Below are positions 11,901 to 25,127 of a DNA stretch of 64,000 bases, piece by piece; the stretch's first letter is position 1; every line of letters begins with the position of its first letter. The stretch is from Lingula anatina. Its lineage: Eukaryota; Animalia; Brachiopoda. A program made the translations under genes and the position numbers. The notes below the pieces were generated by a model that saw nothing but the letters and a program-made list of their open reading frames with translations, searched no databases and had not been told where the DNA came from. The DNA is taken from the NCBI GenBank assembly GCA_051362555.1, contig CM120643.1, forward strand, positions 21,642,848 through 21,706,847, read 5' to 3'.

Positions 11901-12299
11901 TTTAAGAAATATTGTCATGTGTATTGGTGTCACTGGTATGGTTGCATTTAGACTATTATATAGTCAGCGTATGCGTCTTCATGATGTAGCATGCATATGG
12001 TGACTCTGTCTGTGACCATGTGATATAATTGGTGGTTCTCTGAATACTAAACGTTGACTTTCGTGACTTCTAAGTACCTTCACATCCTTTGAAAACTCAT
12101 CTTCTATCACGTGACCTTTCACTATATAAAATCTGTACGCGCCAATTTCGAGCACTGTGACGGTGGAAAAGCTGAGACTTGTGGCTTGTGTTGGGTTTTC
12201 ATTTTATACTATTTTATTGGTTTGGAAGTCAGAATAAACTTTGAACCAGCCACCTGAGTTGGGTTAATCATTCCCGGTAACATTTGGTGTCGCGAGCCG

Positions 12300-13515
12300 A
12301 GAAAGCTGAAATTAAAGGTGAGCAAATTTTCTAATTAGTACTACCCAAATCTTTTAGAGAAAAAGCACTGCGCGGCGTACACAACGACGGGGACACCTAG
12401 GAAAAGACAGAGGACAAGCTATACTGAGAGAGAGATTCTACTGGCCAGGTATGTGTAATGATCTTGAGCAGTGGATATCTTCGTGCGACAGATGTTTAAA
12501 AAGGAAATCCTCAACAAACGTGCGAGCGCCACTGGTGAATATAGAGACATTTCAACCACTCGAACTGGTATGTATGGATTATCTGACGTTACAGATGTTC
12601 AAAGGTGGTTTTCAACATATATTAGTCATTACAGACCATTTAATTTAGTATGCAATTGCAATTCCCACTAAAAATCAGACAGCAAAAACTACTGCAGAAG
12701 CTTTCTTGGATGGATTTGTTTATCACTACGGTTTCCCGCATAGGTTACATAGTGATCAGGGTGCAAATTTCGAAAGTAGTCTGATAAAAGAAATTTGCAA
12801 GTTGTGTGGCATAGAGAAATCCAGAACCACAAGTTACCATCCAATGGGGAATGGCATTACCGAGAGATTCAACAGAACTCTGCTTGATATGTTAGGTACG
12901 TTAGAGATTGATGAAAAGAGTGATTGGAAGTCGCATGTTACTTCTCTTGTTCATGCGTATAACTGCACTGTGCATGATACAACTGGTTTTTCCCCATACT
13001 GTCTAATGTTTGGGAGACAGCCTAGATTAGCCGTGGATGTGGCGTTTGTTTTAGTATCAGGCGAGTGCTCCGATAATAATCACTCTGTCCATATTTCTAA
13101 CTTGAAGAAACGTCTACAAAGATCATACGAGCTGGCAACAAGAAAAACGAGACAAGCACATCAGAAGGTACAGTATGATTGAGAGGATCTGTGTTGGAAG
13201 TTGGGGAAAGGATCCTTGTGAAAGTTGTTACATACCAAGGTAGGCACAAAATTGCAGATAAATGGGAAAACGAATCATATATTGTTTTGGCTCAACCAAA
13301 TAGTGAAATCCCTGTGTTTGTTGTACAGAAAGAAAAACCTGTGTTTCACAGAAATTTATTACTTCCAATTTCTGAGCTTCCTATTTCAAATAATGCAAAA
13401 AGACCCGTACCTAGAAAAAACTTCCAAGCGAGACACAAATAAAACGGTAGATGCAGACTGTTCATCAAAGTCCGACACAGAAAGTGGAGACAGTGCAAGT
13501 GATGGAAGATTAAGT
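12300..13515 (+). pseudogene. Frameshifted Gypsy integrase (HHCC zinc finger, rve core, GPY/F-like C-terminus); the tail resumes at ~16610-16776
   Basis: H..GHLG...FYWPGM...CDRC, LVCMD, LHSDQGANF, GNGITERFNRTL and PRRSTRQRKRP. Confidence 0.9.
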
Positions 13516-13679
13516 AGAGAGCTTTCGCACCTGCACGTTTAGGCGACCAACTACATTTAGCTATCCGTAACCGTAAAATGACCAACGTTTATCTTTTCGT
13601 GATTTCGCAGAAAGACCCGGTTAGCCTTTACAGATAGTCGAATTGTACAGTAGGCTGTTACATGTTTCACGTGCTGTAA

Positions 13680-13908
13680 AGCCCGCTTTACATGTACACT
13701 GGACGGCGTCCTTTCTGCGTCCAGCAGTACGGCCCCATTTGAGAGTTAAAAAATTATAATACTTTGCGTGCCGACAACTGGCCGCTCATTGAGCATTCAT
13801 TCTGATACAGAATCAATGCTCGTGCCTCCTTATTTAGACCACAGCGATGCCAAATTTCATGGTCGCAGAGAGGACGCAGAAAGGACGCCGTCCAGTGTAA
13901 AGGGGGTA
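13680..13908. mobile_element. Harbinger-type MITE with TAA target-site duplication
   Basis: Inverted repeat TACACTGGACGGCGTCCTTTCTGCGTCC / GGACGCAGAAAGGACGCCGTCCAGTGTA; TAA at 13677-13679 and 13909-13911. Confidence 0.78.
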
Positions 13909-13990
13909 TAAGCAGAGACGTTAAATTAGGTCTATTGGACAGGCTAGGTAATTTTGGAATGGTCTTCCATACGCAATTTATGGAGATCCG

Positions 13991-14959
13991 GGCTCGGAAT
14001 CTCGAAAGGTTCGCTATGTTGCGCACACGCTCTAGCATGGCTAGCGTGCGCTATCCCGTATCTCGAAAGAATCGCTATTTTGAGCGCCTGCGCTAGCATG
14101 GCTAGCGTGCGCTATCCCATATCTCGAAAGCTTCGCAAATCCCGGCCGTGCGCTAATGTCCAAATCGCCATTAGTTTCGAGGCTATTATTTGCGGCGATA
14201 CAAACTAGTCGCAAAGGCCTCTGCGTCATTTTAATGTGTCTTTCATGTAATTAAACATGGTGGCAAGTTTGGGTTGCTAGTCATAATAGCATATAATAAA
14301 ACATATAACAAAAACATGGAAGCTTTTAATTGATTGAATCACTGGTACCTCTGATAGAAAAACTTGCGGTAAATATTCACGTGAAGAATGCCAAAGTCAT
14401 ATTTTATTATGCAGAAAAATTTCAAAATTAAACATTTCATACATCATTTTATATTTTCTGGTGAATTTCATTCATCTGTGTAGTCTATTGATAATAATAA
14501 TAAATTTAAAAGTGTCATTTTCCACACAAAATGAAAAAGCAGAAACAAAGCATTCGGCCGCACCGTGACCTTCCTCAATGTCTATTATTGTGAGACTGAA
14601 CACTACTCACCATTGTGTCAGTAATTGTGTCAGTCCAAGCTTCGCTTATTGAATTGTTTTTTGACATTTTATTGGTGTCAAATACTTCAAATATCAGTAT
14701 TTGTAATTATGATATTCCTATAAATAAAAACAACCTCTTGATTTGCGTCATGGTGAAAAAAATTGCATTTTGTGTAATTGTGTTATGACGTCTTCACTTT
14801 ATGCGGCAATCGAATATTAGTAGAGTTTGAGGTTATAATTGCGTTGCGTCTGCTAAGGCTTCGAGATAGCAGGTGGGTGCAATCGCACTAGCAAATAGCG
14901 CACGCTAGCTATGCTATAGCGCGTGCGCAACATAGCGAACCTTTCGAGATTCCGAGCCC
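13991..14959. mobile_element. ~970-bp MITE with ~60-bp TIRs splitting the transposase YGDP|AYP motif
   Basis: GGCTCGGAATCTCGAAAGGTTCGCTATGTTGCGCAC... is inverted at ~14897-14959. Removing it with a CGG duplication restores GAT CCG GCT TAC CCC. Confidence 0.85.
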
Positions 14960-15737
14960 CGGCTTACCCCGTTAGAAGATACCTGTTGAGTCCCTTTAGA
15001 GAAGCAAATTTGAGTGCCGAAGGAGAAGAATTCAACAGGAGAATGTCCTCTGTGCGGGAATGCGTCGAGTGGGAGTTCGGGAACTTATTGCGAAACTTTG
15101 CCTTCCTGGACTTTCGAAAGCATTTAAAAGTTCTGTTGTCTCCTGTAGCCAAGCACTACTTGGTAGGTGGTCTTCTGGTCAACTGCCATACCTGTGTGTA
15201 TGGCAACGCGACCAGACGAGTCGGTACTTTTAACTAGATCCTCCCACCTTGGAGTACTATTTAGCATGAACTGTACACGTGTACATTGTGCGTATGTAAA
15301 ATTAAAGAGTAAAAACTAAAATTCATACCTCAAGCAAACATTTATCCATATGAAATCTTGAATAAAAAACTGTTTTAACAAACATTCAGTCCATGTGTAT
15401 CTTGTAGGCAGCAAGAGCCTAGTATGTCGATTCAGTTTTTCTTTTTTTAAACAAAGGCATAACCATCTCCATCATTTGTCTTTCTCTATTTGAGCTTCTC
15501 GCGCTTTCTTTTCTAATTCAAAGGGTTCTTTCTCGAAGGCCAACTTGTCTTTCAGGTAACTGACGTAATCTGCTGATGAATCATTACGGCGCTTCTTAAG
15601 TGGCGGCATGTTGTCGCAATTTTCAGCTGAAAAAATAAGCGTGTCACCAATTAATGCAGCGTCAGTTTTTGTTACTGATATAATAAATATTAATCAATAT
15701 TTGCTATTAGAGACAATTTCATGTATAGAAAGATGTA

Positions 15738-15943
15738 ATAGATAGACCCCGAGTCAGCGAGGGTTATGTGGCATACACGAATGCGTAGCACGAGTGGATG
15801 TCACATAACCCTCGCTGACGAGGGGTCTATCTTATTTAGACCACGGGTCCATTAGCGGGTTATAACGCATTCATGCCAGACGTGCGGTTATTCGAGTTAC
15901 ACCACGTCTGAGTCTTTTGTTCTTCACTTCCACCGTGGTCTAA
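15738..15943. repeat. Long near-perfect hairpin (15738-15835) followed by a TTAGACCACGG...CCGTGGTCTAA inverted pair; non-autonomous element, family uncertain
   Basis: AGATAGACCCC...TCAGCGAGGGTTATGTG pairs with CACATAACCCTCGCTGACGAGGGGTCTATCT. Confidence 0.65.
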
Positions 15944-17459
15944 GTGCTGTCCTTACTTTTATTTATAATTCATTTATTCAAATACACAAAACAGGACGCC
16001 ATGTGACTTTCGAAACAAGGCTTCATAAAATTTGCATTAAAAGTCTAGGAGACATGTCCTGTCAACTAATGGAGAAAATCGAGCTACTAGTAGTATCTTA
16101 CAAAACGGCACTTACCTTGCGGATACCCTGCTTGTTATGCGTCAAATAGTCTACAGACCACTTATAAATAAAGGCATTTGTACTCATAACAACTGCTCAC
16201 AAAATGATGACCTAACAGTCTTATAATACAATCAGTCACGCGTGCGGAAGGTCAGTTCTGACTACCTTGTGGTCAGTGAAAAATGCCTTTTTTACCGGTA
16301 TAACCTATATTTCAATAGTAACAAAAAACATAGACACAAATAACAGAGACAAAATGTTTCACATATATTGCAAAAATAAAATGTCCAATATGATTTTAGC
16401 AGAGAAACGATCAATTTCGAAAGGCTTGATTTCATAAAATTATGCTGATTTGTCAAACCGTTTTTCATTGACGGGTAGCAATCTAGCTTCGGATAATGTT
16501 CTCTCTAACCGAATGTGTACACGTCACTAGGCAGTAAAATATGATGACCTAAACGTAGTCGTTCGCCCAAACGCACAGGTGCAAAAGCTTTTTTTCTTTT
16601 TTTCCCCTCTTAATCAACCTTTGCTCCTCGAGGAGGGAGAAGGTAGCGAAGCAAATGACGTTAGAGAAGTATCTTCAGAGATTAGTGAAGCTAGTGATGT
16701 TCAAATGCCAGAGAATATCATTGTTGACCGACCAACTCCACGAAGGAGTACTAGACAAAGAAAACGGCCAGCGTGAATGACTTCTGGAGAATTTATAAAT
16801 TACGCGCGTATTGCCGAGTCAGAAGAAAAGACTGACTGGAAAACCAGAGTTAACATATTAATAGACTTAGTGAGTGACGCAACTTTCAGCGGACATAAAA
16901 GCACAATTTGTGAAGAGTTAATTAAACTTATAAAGAATAATTGAAAATGAAATAAATTTGAAATATTTTTCAATTATTCAGTTATTCAGTGTGTGTGAAT
17001 GTCGAGGCAACATTTCAGTTGTGGGGGGAGGATGCGACCATGTGATATAATTGGTTGTTCTCTGAATACTTTTACGTTGACTTTCGCGACTTCTAAGTAC
17101 CTTCACATCCCTTGACAACTTATCTTCTATCACGTGACCTTTCAATATATAAAATCTGTGCGCGCCAATTTCGAGCACTGTGACGGTGGAAAAGCTGAGA
17201 CTTGTGGCTTGTGTTGGGTTTTATTTTATACTGTTTTATTGGTTTGGAAGTCAGAATAAACTTTGAACCAGCCACCTGAGTTGGGTTAATAATTCTCGGT
17301 AACATATCTATCTATCTATCTATCTATCTATCTCTATATATGCACGTAGACACTATTTTGGCGCGTGAGCGCTGTACTGGTGGCCTATTAGCAGGTACAC
17401 CGGGTGAGTGCACCTGTTGCTCGCATAATTTAAGCGTGGCGTGTGTGGGTGCAAGATAC

Positions 17460-17764
17460 GAAACAGGCGAAGTACGTCACTCTTTTGTTCCCGACATCTG
17501 CCTTGTTATACAGGCAGTAGTGTTCCGCATCATTTCACATGCCAAACAGGCGTTCAATGTTGTAGCTCTCTGTTTGTAATAAACAGTAAAGTAAACAGTG
17601 AACAGCGTGCATAATGAATACAAAACTACGTCACACTGGCACACCTCTTTTTCATCCAATCAGCTCGCTCTCCAGATTCTAGGTTATGAAGCTTAATGGC
17701 AGCACATCATCATCGTCATTCCTAAAAGATGCTTTTGCGTAGTTATATCAACTGAAAACGACAG
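17460..17764 (+). promoter_or_regulatory. Putative TAT promoter and non-coding first exon ending at 17764
   Basis: CpG-richer segment, CCAATCAG at ~17656, TACGTCA sites at ~17473 and ~17627, strong donor CAG|GTAAG at 17765. The TAT ATG exon starts with an acceptor (25921-25922), so an upstream exon is needed. Confidence 0.55.
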
Positions 17765-19855
17765 GTAAGCAAGGCTGATTCGTCAGTCTAGGGAATAAAT
17801 GTTCTTATAAGTAAATGTGTCGAGTAGCTTTCGGTTAAATTTGTGGATAAATAATGAAGGCTATAGATATACTAGTAGTGTCAGCCTCGTTGACCTCGTA
17901 TCGGTCCATTTGGTTAGTGCGAAAACCTTGGCTCGAGCGTCGATCTTTAGATTTATGTATGGCATTGGCCAGTGTGATGGACAGAGTTTGGATATTATAA
18001 AACACCGATAAAATTCACTGGCCTGGTTTAATCAGATGGAATGTGTGATTTGTATTAGATTATTTTAGTAGTCTAGTGGCAACATAAAATTATGAGAAAA
18101 ACATTGAATTGATCGACCTTCAAGGTCAAGTTGAAGGCTAATGCCTACCGGTGCATGCATCTCACAGTTGGGAAGACACTATATCACCGATTTTATGCTC
18201 TTAAAATGAAATTTTTTATAATGATTACGCCTGTGGTTTAAGTCATAAAACTATAGCAACAGATTCAATTACTGAATAAAATATCTGTGGTTGGATGTAC
18301 AAATTATACAAATGTACAGGTGTCATATGTACTTAGTATACTGATATGTACTGATGTAGAAATTGTGCAAGACAAATGTGTGATGTGGTCATAATTTACA
18401 GAGATTGATTCTTTAAGTTTATATTGCTCTGTTCATATTCCTTTTTACATTTTTGTATGAGCAAAATATATGTTCAATATCCACGAACACTAGCTGTATT
18501 GTACTTATAGTGAAATCTCTCATTTTCCCCTTTTCACCCTCATCACATTATAAACAGCATGACTCAGAAATGAGTGTCCTCAATTGGAGACAAGTTTTCA
18601 GACCTTTGCTTGCTCTTTACCAAAGTTACTGTGTAATAACAGATCCCAGATTTTGCTTTTAGGTGGGGAGAATATGGGTAGAAATTTGGTACTTTTGCAG
18701 TAAACCCCGGTATATTTCCCCACCCTGTAACTGTAATCAAAATTAAGTTAGGCTGTGACTTAGACTAAATGTCTATGTCATTCAAATAAATTAGTTCAGA
18801 ACTTGACTTTTTTATTGCTTTTGTAAACCTTCAAGTTCTTCGACCAATGAGATTACAGTAAATTTTTTACCCCAACAATAACCTCAGCTCACAAAGTTTC
18901 ATGTGAAAAACATCTTAAAATAAGTGAATGAATTGCCAAACTAATTTATTTGAGTGGAGACATTGCTCAAGCTTCCACACAAATTAATTCAGAAAAAATT
19001 GAATATTAAAGAGTTATATAGTGGTGGTGGGGAGGGGGAATACTGCAAAAGTGCAGAAATTTTTGTCTAGCTTAAAATTTGCTTTGCAATGAATATAAAG
19101 CAGTAGATGTGGACAATTTACCATCATATGTAGGACACAGCTAGGGATAAAAAAGTTTTATGTTGATGTTATACCAGTCTGAGTATTGATGTTAAATTAC
19201 TAAAACATTCATATAATTCCTTATTATAAGTTTGTTTTTTCACTCCTAATTCCTGTGTTGTATAGCAGTTTACATAATATTCACCATTTGTTTTATCAGT
19301 AGAAACCATTGTTTTTTTATGTATGGTATTCAAATTTTAACAAATGTTCCATTATAGTCTCAAATATGATTTGAAATGTTCCAGTGATTATTACAAGTGT
19401 ATTATTGTTGATTATGTTTCCCTTTGTTGTTTTTTTTCAAACTATGCTTTTTCTTTCACCTCAGGTTCATTTCATGGTAGGATATTTTATTGTTAAAAAC
19501 AAAACATTGAAATTTTCTCTTGTTAAGTGGTGCGCAGTAGGGGAACTTACATAACTATATGCAGTTACATGTTGTAAGAGCTTAAGTTTTCAAGTTGGTT
19601 AGCTCTCTTGCCTCAAAACCATTTAGGTGGAAAAACATAATGGTCTCCTATGGTTGCTAAAAAGAAATCTGGAAGATTCATTCATTCATCAACTCATTCA
19701 TTTTTCTTGTAACCACATTTTATTCATGACAGTGAAGCAGTGTTCTTTAGACCATGCAGACAAAAATATAGAATAGTAATTTTCATCTTGTTTACCAATA
19801 AAGGTAATAACTCTTTGCAAATCCATTGAGGAATTTACTGTACTAAGTAAACATT

Positions 19856-22800
19856 TTTATGTACAGACACAGATGTGTCTGTACATATAGCTATCATCTG
19901 CGTCTGTCGTCGTCGCCGTCGTCGCCGTCGTGCACTTTTACTGATAACACGATAAGTGGAAAACCGTTTTTGCTTTTGGCTTGAAACTTACAGAACTGAT
20001 AAATATTTATAATACGCAGGTCAAGTTCGAAAATCAACATGATCGGGTGACTTGTAGGGAAGTTATGCTGTTTTTTCACTTTTTTCAGCATATATGCAGC
20101 ACCGATAACATGATAAGTAGAAAACTATTTTACTTTTTGGCTTGAAACTTACAAAACTGATGAATATTCATAATCGGCAGGTCAAGTTCGAAAATCAGCA
20201 TGATCGGGCCATTTTTAGGGGAGTTATGCTATTTTTTCACTTTTTTCAACATATATGCAACACTGATAACACAATATAAGAAAAACAGATTGGCCAATTG
20301 TCATTTTACTTACAGGAGTGGTCAATCTTACTAAAACGCAGGTTGATTTAGAAAATCAGCATAATCTGGCCATTATTTTAGAAGTTATGCTGTTTTTTCA
20401 CATTTCCTCAGATTCAATTCTTAAGCATGTTAACAGTCTCATTATTTAACTAATAAGAAACGTAAAAGTGTTTGTTTGATATTTCCTGCATCTTTACAAC
20501 ATTGTTAGTTGATTATATAAAAATGATGGTAAACTTGATATCGTGTATTGTGTAATAAAGTGTCAAAAATGGAAATAAACTCATATCATTGCAGTTTGTT
20601 AGATTCAATCATCAACTATGTTCAGAATCTCAGAAAGGAGGTAATTGGACATTTAACACTGTTCTATTGATATTTTCCCCATCTCATCAATTTTCTTAGT
20701 TGGTCATATAAAAATGGAAGTAAACTGTTTATTTTGTTTATGTTAAAAAAGTGTTAAAATGGAAATAAACCCATTTCAGAACAGTGCTGTCTTGTTTACA
20801 GTTTGGCATTTTTAAGATGTGACTTTGAAGTTCCATGAGCCTGCAGATCTTTGCTAGTCATATTTTCTGAATATCCATGATGCTAATATTTTATGATTAA
20901 AAATTGATGGTCATTATGCTGTTAAACATTATGTAATATTGCATCAAAATTTGAAGAAACCCCTATTTTGGGCACTGCTCCCATTTAAAGAAAATCATGT
21001 CACTTACTGTTATCAAACTTACAGGAAAGAAACATGGGACTAAAATACAGCTTCAGTAGGCAATGCAGTCTGTTTGGTAAATTTTTCTGGCAGTTAAACA
21101 GTTTTTTGTGAAAATTTAATTTTTCACTTATTTGCATTTTCAAGGTGTGACTTTGAAGTTCCATGATCCTGAAGACCTTTGCTTGTCATGTTTTCTGAAT
21201 GTCCATGTTACTAATATTCTATTATTAAAAATTGATGGTCATTATGCTGTTAAACATTATGTAATGTTGCATCAAAATAGAAGAAAACACAATTTTTGGA
21301 GCTGCTGCCATGATGACCATTATGGGAAAACCGTGTTACTTATGACTGTCAAACCTTAAAAAAGAAACACTGGACTAAAATGCAGCCGGAGTTGGAAAAG
21401 CAGTCTAATTGGCTTCTTTTTCTGGAAGTTATACATTTGAGTGAAATATTCATTAACTTTTTGGCATATTCATTGTGGGACTCGGAGCTCCCATGGACTT
21501 GAAGACGAATGGTAATCAGATTTTCTGCATGTCCATGCTATTTATAGTCAATAATCAAAAATTGGTGATAATTATTCTATAATTTATTTTGTAATGTTAC
21601 ATCAAAATTGACAACAATCTTTTTGCACTGCTACTGCAAACATTATGAAAAGAAAACTGTGTTACTTATTATTATTTTTAACTTATGAGAATGATTTTTA
21701 GGATTGGCATGCAGTTCAAATTAGAAAGCCAGGTCAATTGGGTTATCTATTATTATTGAATTGATGCAATTTTGTGTGAAATTTTCATTTTTCTCATTCT
21801 GGCACTTTCTATGTATAAACTTGAACTCTGATGGGCCTGAAGCCTTATGCTTTTACTTTAGTCGGTGTTACCTGTTGTGCATAATTAAAATTTGATGTTG
21901 ACTGTGCAGTTAAACATAATGTATTATTGCATCAGAATTGGTAGTCTCCTATTTTGTGCATTATTGGTTTGTGCTTTTCTTAAGATGTGACTTATGGGCC
22001 TGAAAGGTCTTTGAGAGGGTCAGTCTGTAAATTTCCCTTGGGTATCACTTAGCTAAGTTCCGAGTCATTTGCCTAATTGATTATTAATAGGCCATAAAAT
22101 GAGATAACATAAAGCACACTTGTTGATATCTCCCTGTAAACTCCCAAAGGTTAAGCTCTCTGCTAGATTAATAATTAATAATAAGGGAGCAGTGATAATT
22201 ATGGAGGTTAATTATGCAGGTAATTTTATATATATATATATATATATCAAACACGAAGATGAAAAGTTTGAATAGCAGGAATTATATTTACCTCAGGCTC
22301 TGCCAAGGTTATATTTTCACCCCTGTTTGTCTGTCATCAACAAAACTCAAAAAGTTATGGACCGATTTCGCTGAAATTTTCAGGAACTGTCAGCAGTGGG
22401 CCAATAATTAGTTTTTGGTGGTGGTCTGGCTCAATTATCAATCAATAATCAATAATTATCAACAATTGCTGCCTGGGCAGAGGTCTGCACTCTCGGAGTG
22501 CTTTTCTAGTTTTGTTATGTTTTTCTTAATAATTTTTTTTCTCAAACACTTACATTTGTGATATTTAACCGCGTGAGGCTCTGCACATTTTCTGTATTTT
22601 CTGTGTTTCCACATAAGCAGTTGTATGTTATTTACGTCTTCAAACATTATGTAATATTATTTTATGCTCTGTCATCATTTTTCAAATATTGAGACTTTCA
22701 TCATGTGACTTTGGTCTCTCATGGTCCTGAAACTGTATTCTTATTGGAGGGATGGATTGAGACCAACTTCTGGGTCTTCCGGAAGACGTTCAAATTTTTA

Positions 22801-23077
22801 AGTTTATATTGACTGATATTTATTTTTTTTCTGTTGGAAGATCATCAAAATAGAGGATGGATCACCAAAGATACTTTGGAATACTGTCAGAAAATATATC
22901 TGGGTCCACTCCTGTTATTGACCATGTTACCTGTTGTGCATGATTAAAATTCAGTGTTGACTAACAGTGCTATTATAAGCATTATTTGTTATTGCATCAA
23001 AATTGACAAAATGACCTATTTTGCATCATTATTTTCTGTTTTTTGTCTGTACATTTGACAGCTTTGCTGCCTTGTTT
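19856..23077 (+). mobile_element. Non-autonomous Helentron-type element (HINE/DINE-1-like) with internal tandem array
   Basis: 5' palindrome TATGTACAGACACAGATGTGTCTGTACATA, (GTC)n microsatellite, ~162-bp tandem units (19941, 20103, 20264...), then 3' subTIR GTCTGTACAT, hairpin GACAGCTTTGCTGCC and TTGTT. Confidence 0.75.
22286..22511 (+). mobile_element. Second short Helentron-type element nested in the first
   Basis: TTTACCTC...GCCAAGGTTATATTTTCACCCCTGTTTGTCTGTC...GGCAGAGGTCTGCACTCTCGGAGTGCTTTTCTAGTT: subTIR, 3' hairpin and CTAGTT end. Confidence 0.7.
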
Positions 23078-25127
23078 AATCTCTTGGTTTTTAAAATTTT
23101 TATTGTCATGAGAAAAATTAATCAGGCTCCATCACCAAATAGTGACTACAAATGGGAACTTAGAACTCAAATTTAACATTTGATTGATATATCATGATTT
23201 GTCAAAAGCTTTTGGTGCTTATATACCTTGGCTTTAAAAGGAAAAGTTGAAGATTTCAGGAAAATCAAAATTTTGCTGTATGTGTGCTTTAAGATCATCA
23301 TGTGACTTAATAAGTTACACTTGTAACCAGTGGCAACTTGAAACGGCTACTTTTCACTTTTTCTGAAAATGTGGTTCTTTTTACCCATCTTGAGAAATCA
23401 AATGGCACCGAACCTGGATCAAATTAAGACTTAGACTGGACCTTTTCCATCCCAAAGGGTGGTCATTAAAGTGAATCTCCTCAACCTCCCTGCCTGGTGT
23501 AAAGCATACTGTATTTGAATATACTACCATCATCCTTGAACTGAATGTAAGACAGCAAACATTTTCAGCAGTCATTAATGTCAGGCTGGTGATTTACTTC
23601 AATTCATGAAGTTTACTAGCTGGTGATGCTACTGTACATAAATTCTGTCAGGTCATGTGCTAGGGTCATATACGTATAGGTAAGGGGCTTTGAGAGGGGA
23701 GGGGAGAGACTTGAGTAAAGACAAAGTGACTGAATTTTACCTTGTTTCAGCTAGAGGAGATGTGCAGCCTCTGGACCATGGTCAATTTTACTGAAAAGTC
23801 TTCATTTTATTTTTAATAACCCCCCCCCCTTTAAAAGTAAATTACTGGTTGTAGACCAGGCTCTAGATTGTTATTTTCTACCACTGGACTGAAATTTGGT
23901 GTAAACCAAGAGTCAGTTGAAGTTGAAAAAACATTTATATAGCCAGTGCCCTCATCCTGTAAACATATTTATAAGAAACAATTTTCCAAATGGGCCTGAG
24001 TAATATTTAGGCCAAGCACTTGATACCATAGGCAAGTTTTGTACTACCTGTCATTGCATGTCATCTGTACAGGGACCTACATGTATATAAGGGAATTATG
24101 TGTAGTTTGCATGTCAGAGGCAGTGAGCGATCTCTATAATGTATTTTCTCCGTACTGTGGAAGGCTTGTTCTCACCAGTATCAATTTAGACCTTGGAATA
24201 CTCAGTGATACACATCTAACTCGATCACCAGTTGACTTTATTGTTTAACATGGGGGTTTTAAAGGGCAATTTAAGGTATTTGTAAAATGATGGTTTCATG
24301 TGTGGTCTTTTGAATTAAGGCATTTATAGGCTATCTATTTTGTGTTTTGATGTGAACACAGCGGAAAAGATTGGCAAATTGTTGGTCAGTCAGTGCAATA
24401 GGGTTCAGAGAAAAAAACAAGAGGCCATTTAAACAGGACTCGGATGTTTTTGTGCATGAGATAATTTTTATCAATGTATTAAGTGTTTGTAGAGTACAAT
24501 TATAATCCAGTGAAGTCTGTTTCAAAACCTGTTAGCCAACTGGCCCTTTGATTGACCATGCAGAGACTGGTTGAAATCACAAAAGAGCTCACTCAGCCTG
24601 AAAAATTTGATAAAAATGTATTCTCCATGATTTTTCATTCATGATTGTCAACTGAGATAAAGTAAGTATTGACCTGAAGCATTTTTCATACCTTTTTTTG
24701 TTATAAAACTGGTAATAATATAAAATTTGATTGGATTATTACTGATTAATCTTGGGTAAATATGTACTAGAAGACAAAAATTGTTTACTTATTATCTGAA
24801 GCAGGCTCAGTTGCAATTTTATTGGCATTTGGCAATATTGAGCCAATGTTTACAAGTGCATCACCAGATTGCAAGGCTTTTAAGTGATAATGTCTTCTTT
24901 TCTGACTTTGAAACATGTAAAAAAAAGTGCTATGATGCTAGATAAAACTGGGCTCTGTAGTAATTAATGGGTCTTTTAAAAAAGAGATATTTTCATTCCA
25001 TTATTGCTTTGCAGTAATAGACTGAATTTGTCTTTTAGAGACCATTCCCAGAGAATATCATAAAAACTTTGGATCGAACTATCTTCAAGGGGATTCTCAC
25101 TTTATTGCAATTGACTTTAGTGGCTTA

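Larger units (their letters stand above)
13516..16593 (+). mobile_element. Decayed PIF/Harbinger (ISL2EU-like) DNA transposon inserted in the Gypsy element
   Basis: ~40-bp TIRs AGCTTTCGCACCTGCACGTTTAGGCGACCAACTACATTTAG / CTAAACGTAGTCGTTCGCCCAAACGCACAGGTGCAAAAGCT. Holds a DDE_Tnp_4-like transposase remnant (YGDPAYP...FNRRMSSVRECVEWEFG, ~13920-15270) and a convergent coiled-coil ORF2 tail on the minus strand (~15420-15627). Confidence 0.82.
12011..17304 (+). mobile_element. Internally deleted Ty3/Gypsy LTR retrotransposon; LTRs 12011-12282 and 17033-17304
   Basis: 272-bp TG...CA direct repeats; PBS TGGTGTC at 12285; polypurine tract GGGGGGAGGA before the 3' LTR; near-TSD TGTC/TATC; Gypsy integrase inside. 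Confidence 0.93.

Noticed and set aside
13954-14229. ORFs with repeated LAWLACAI / ASMASVRYP
   Set aside because: They are translations of MITE subterminal repeats.
19941-20420. Regular repeats as a CRISPR array
   Set aside because: They are ~162-bp head-to-tail units without unique spacers or cas genes, in a eukaryotic context.
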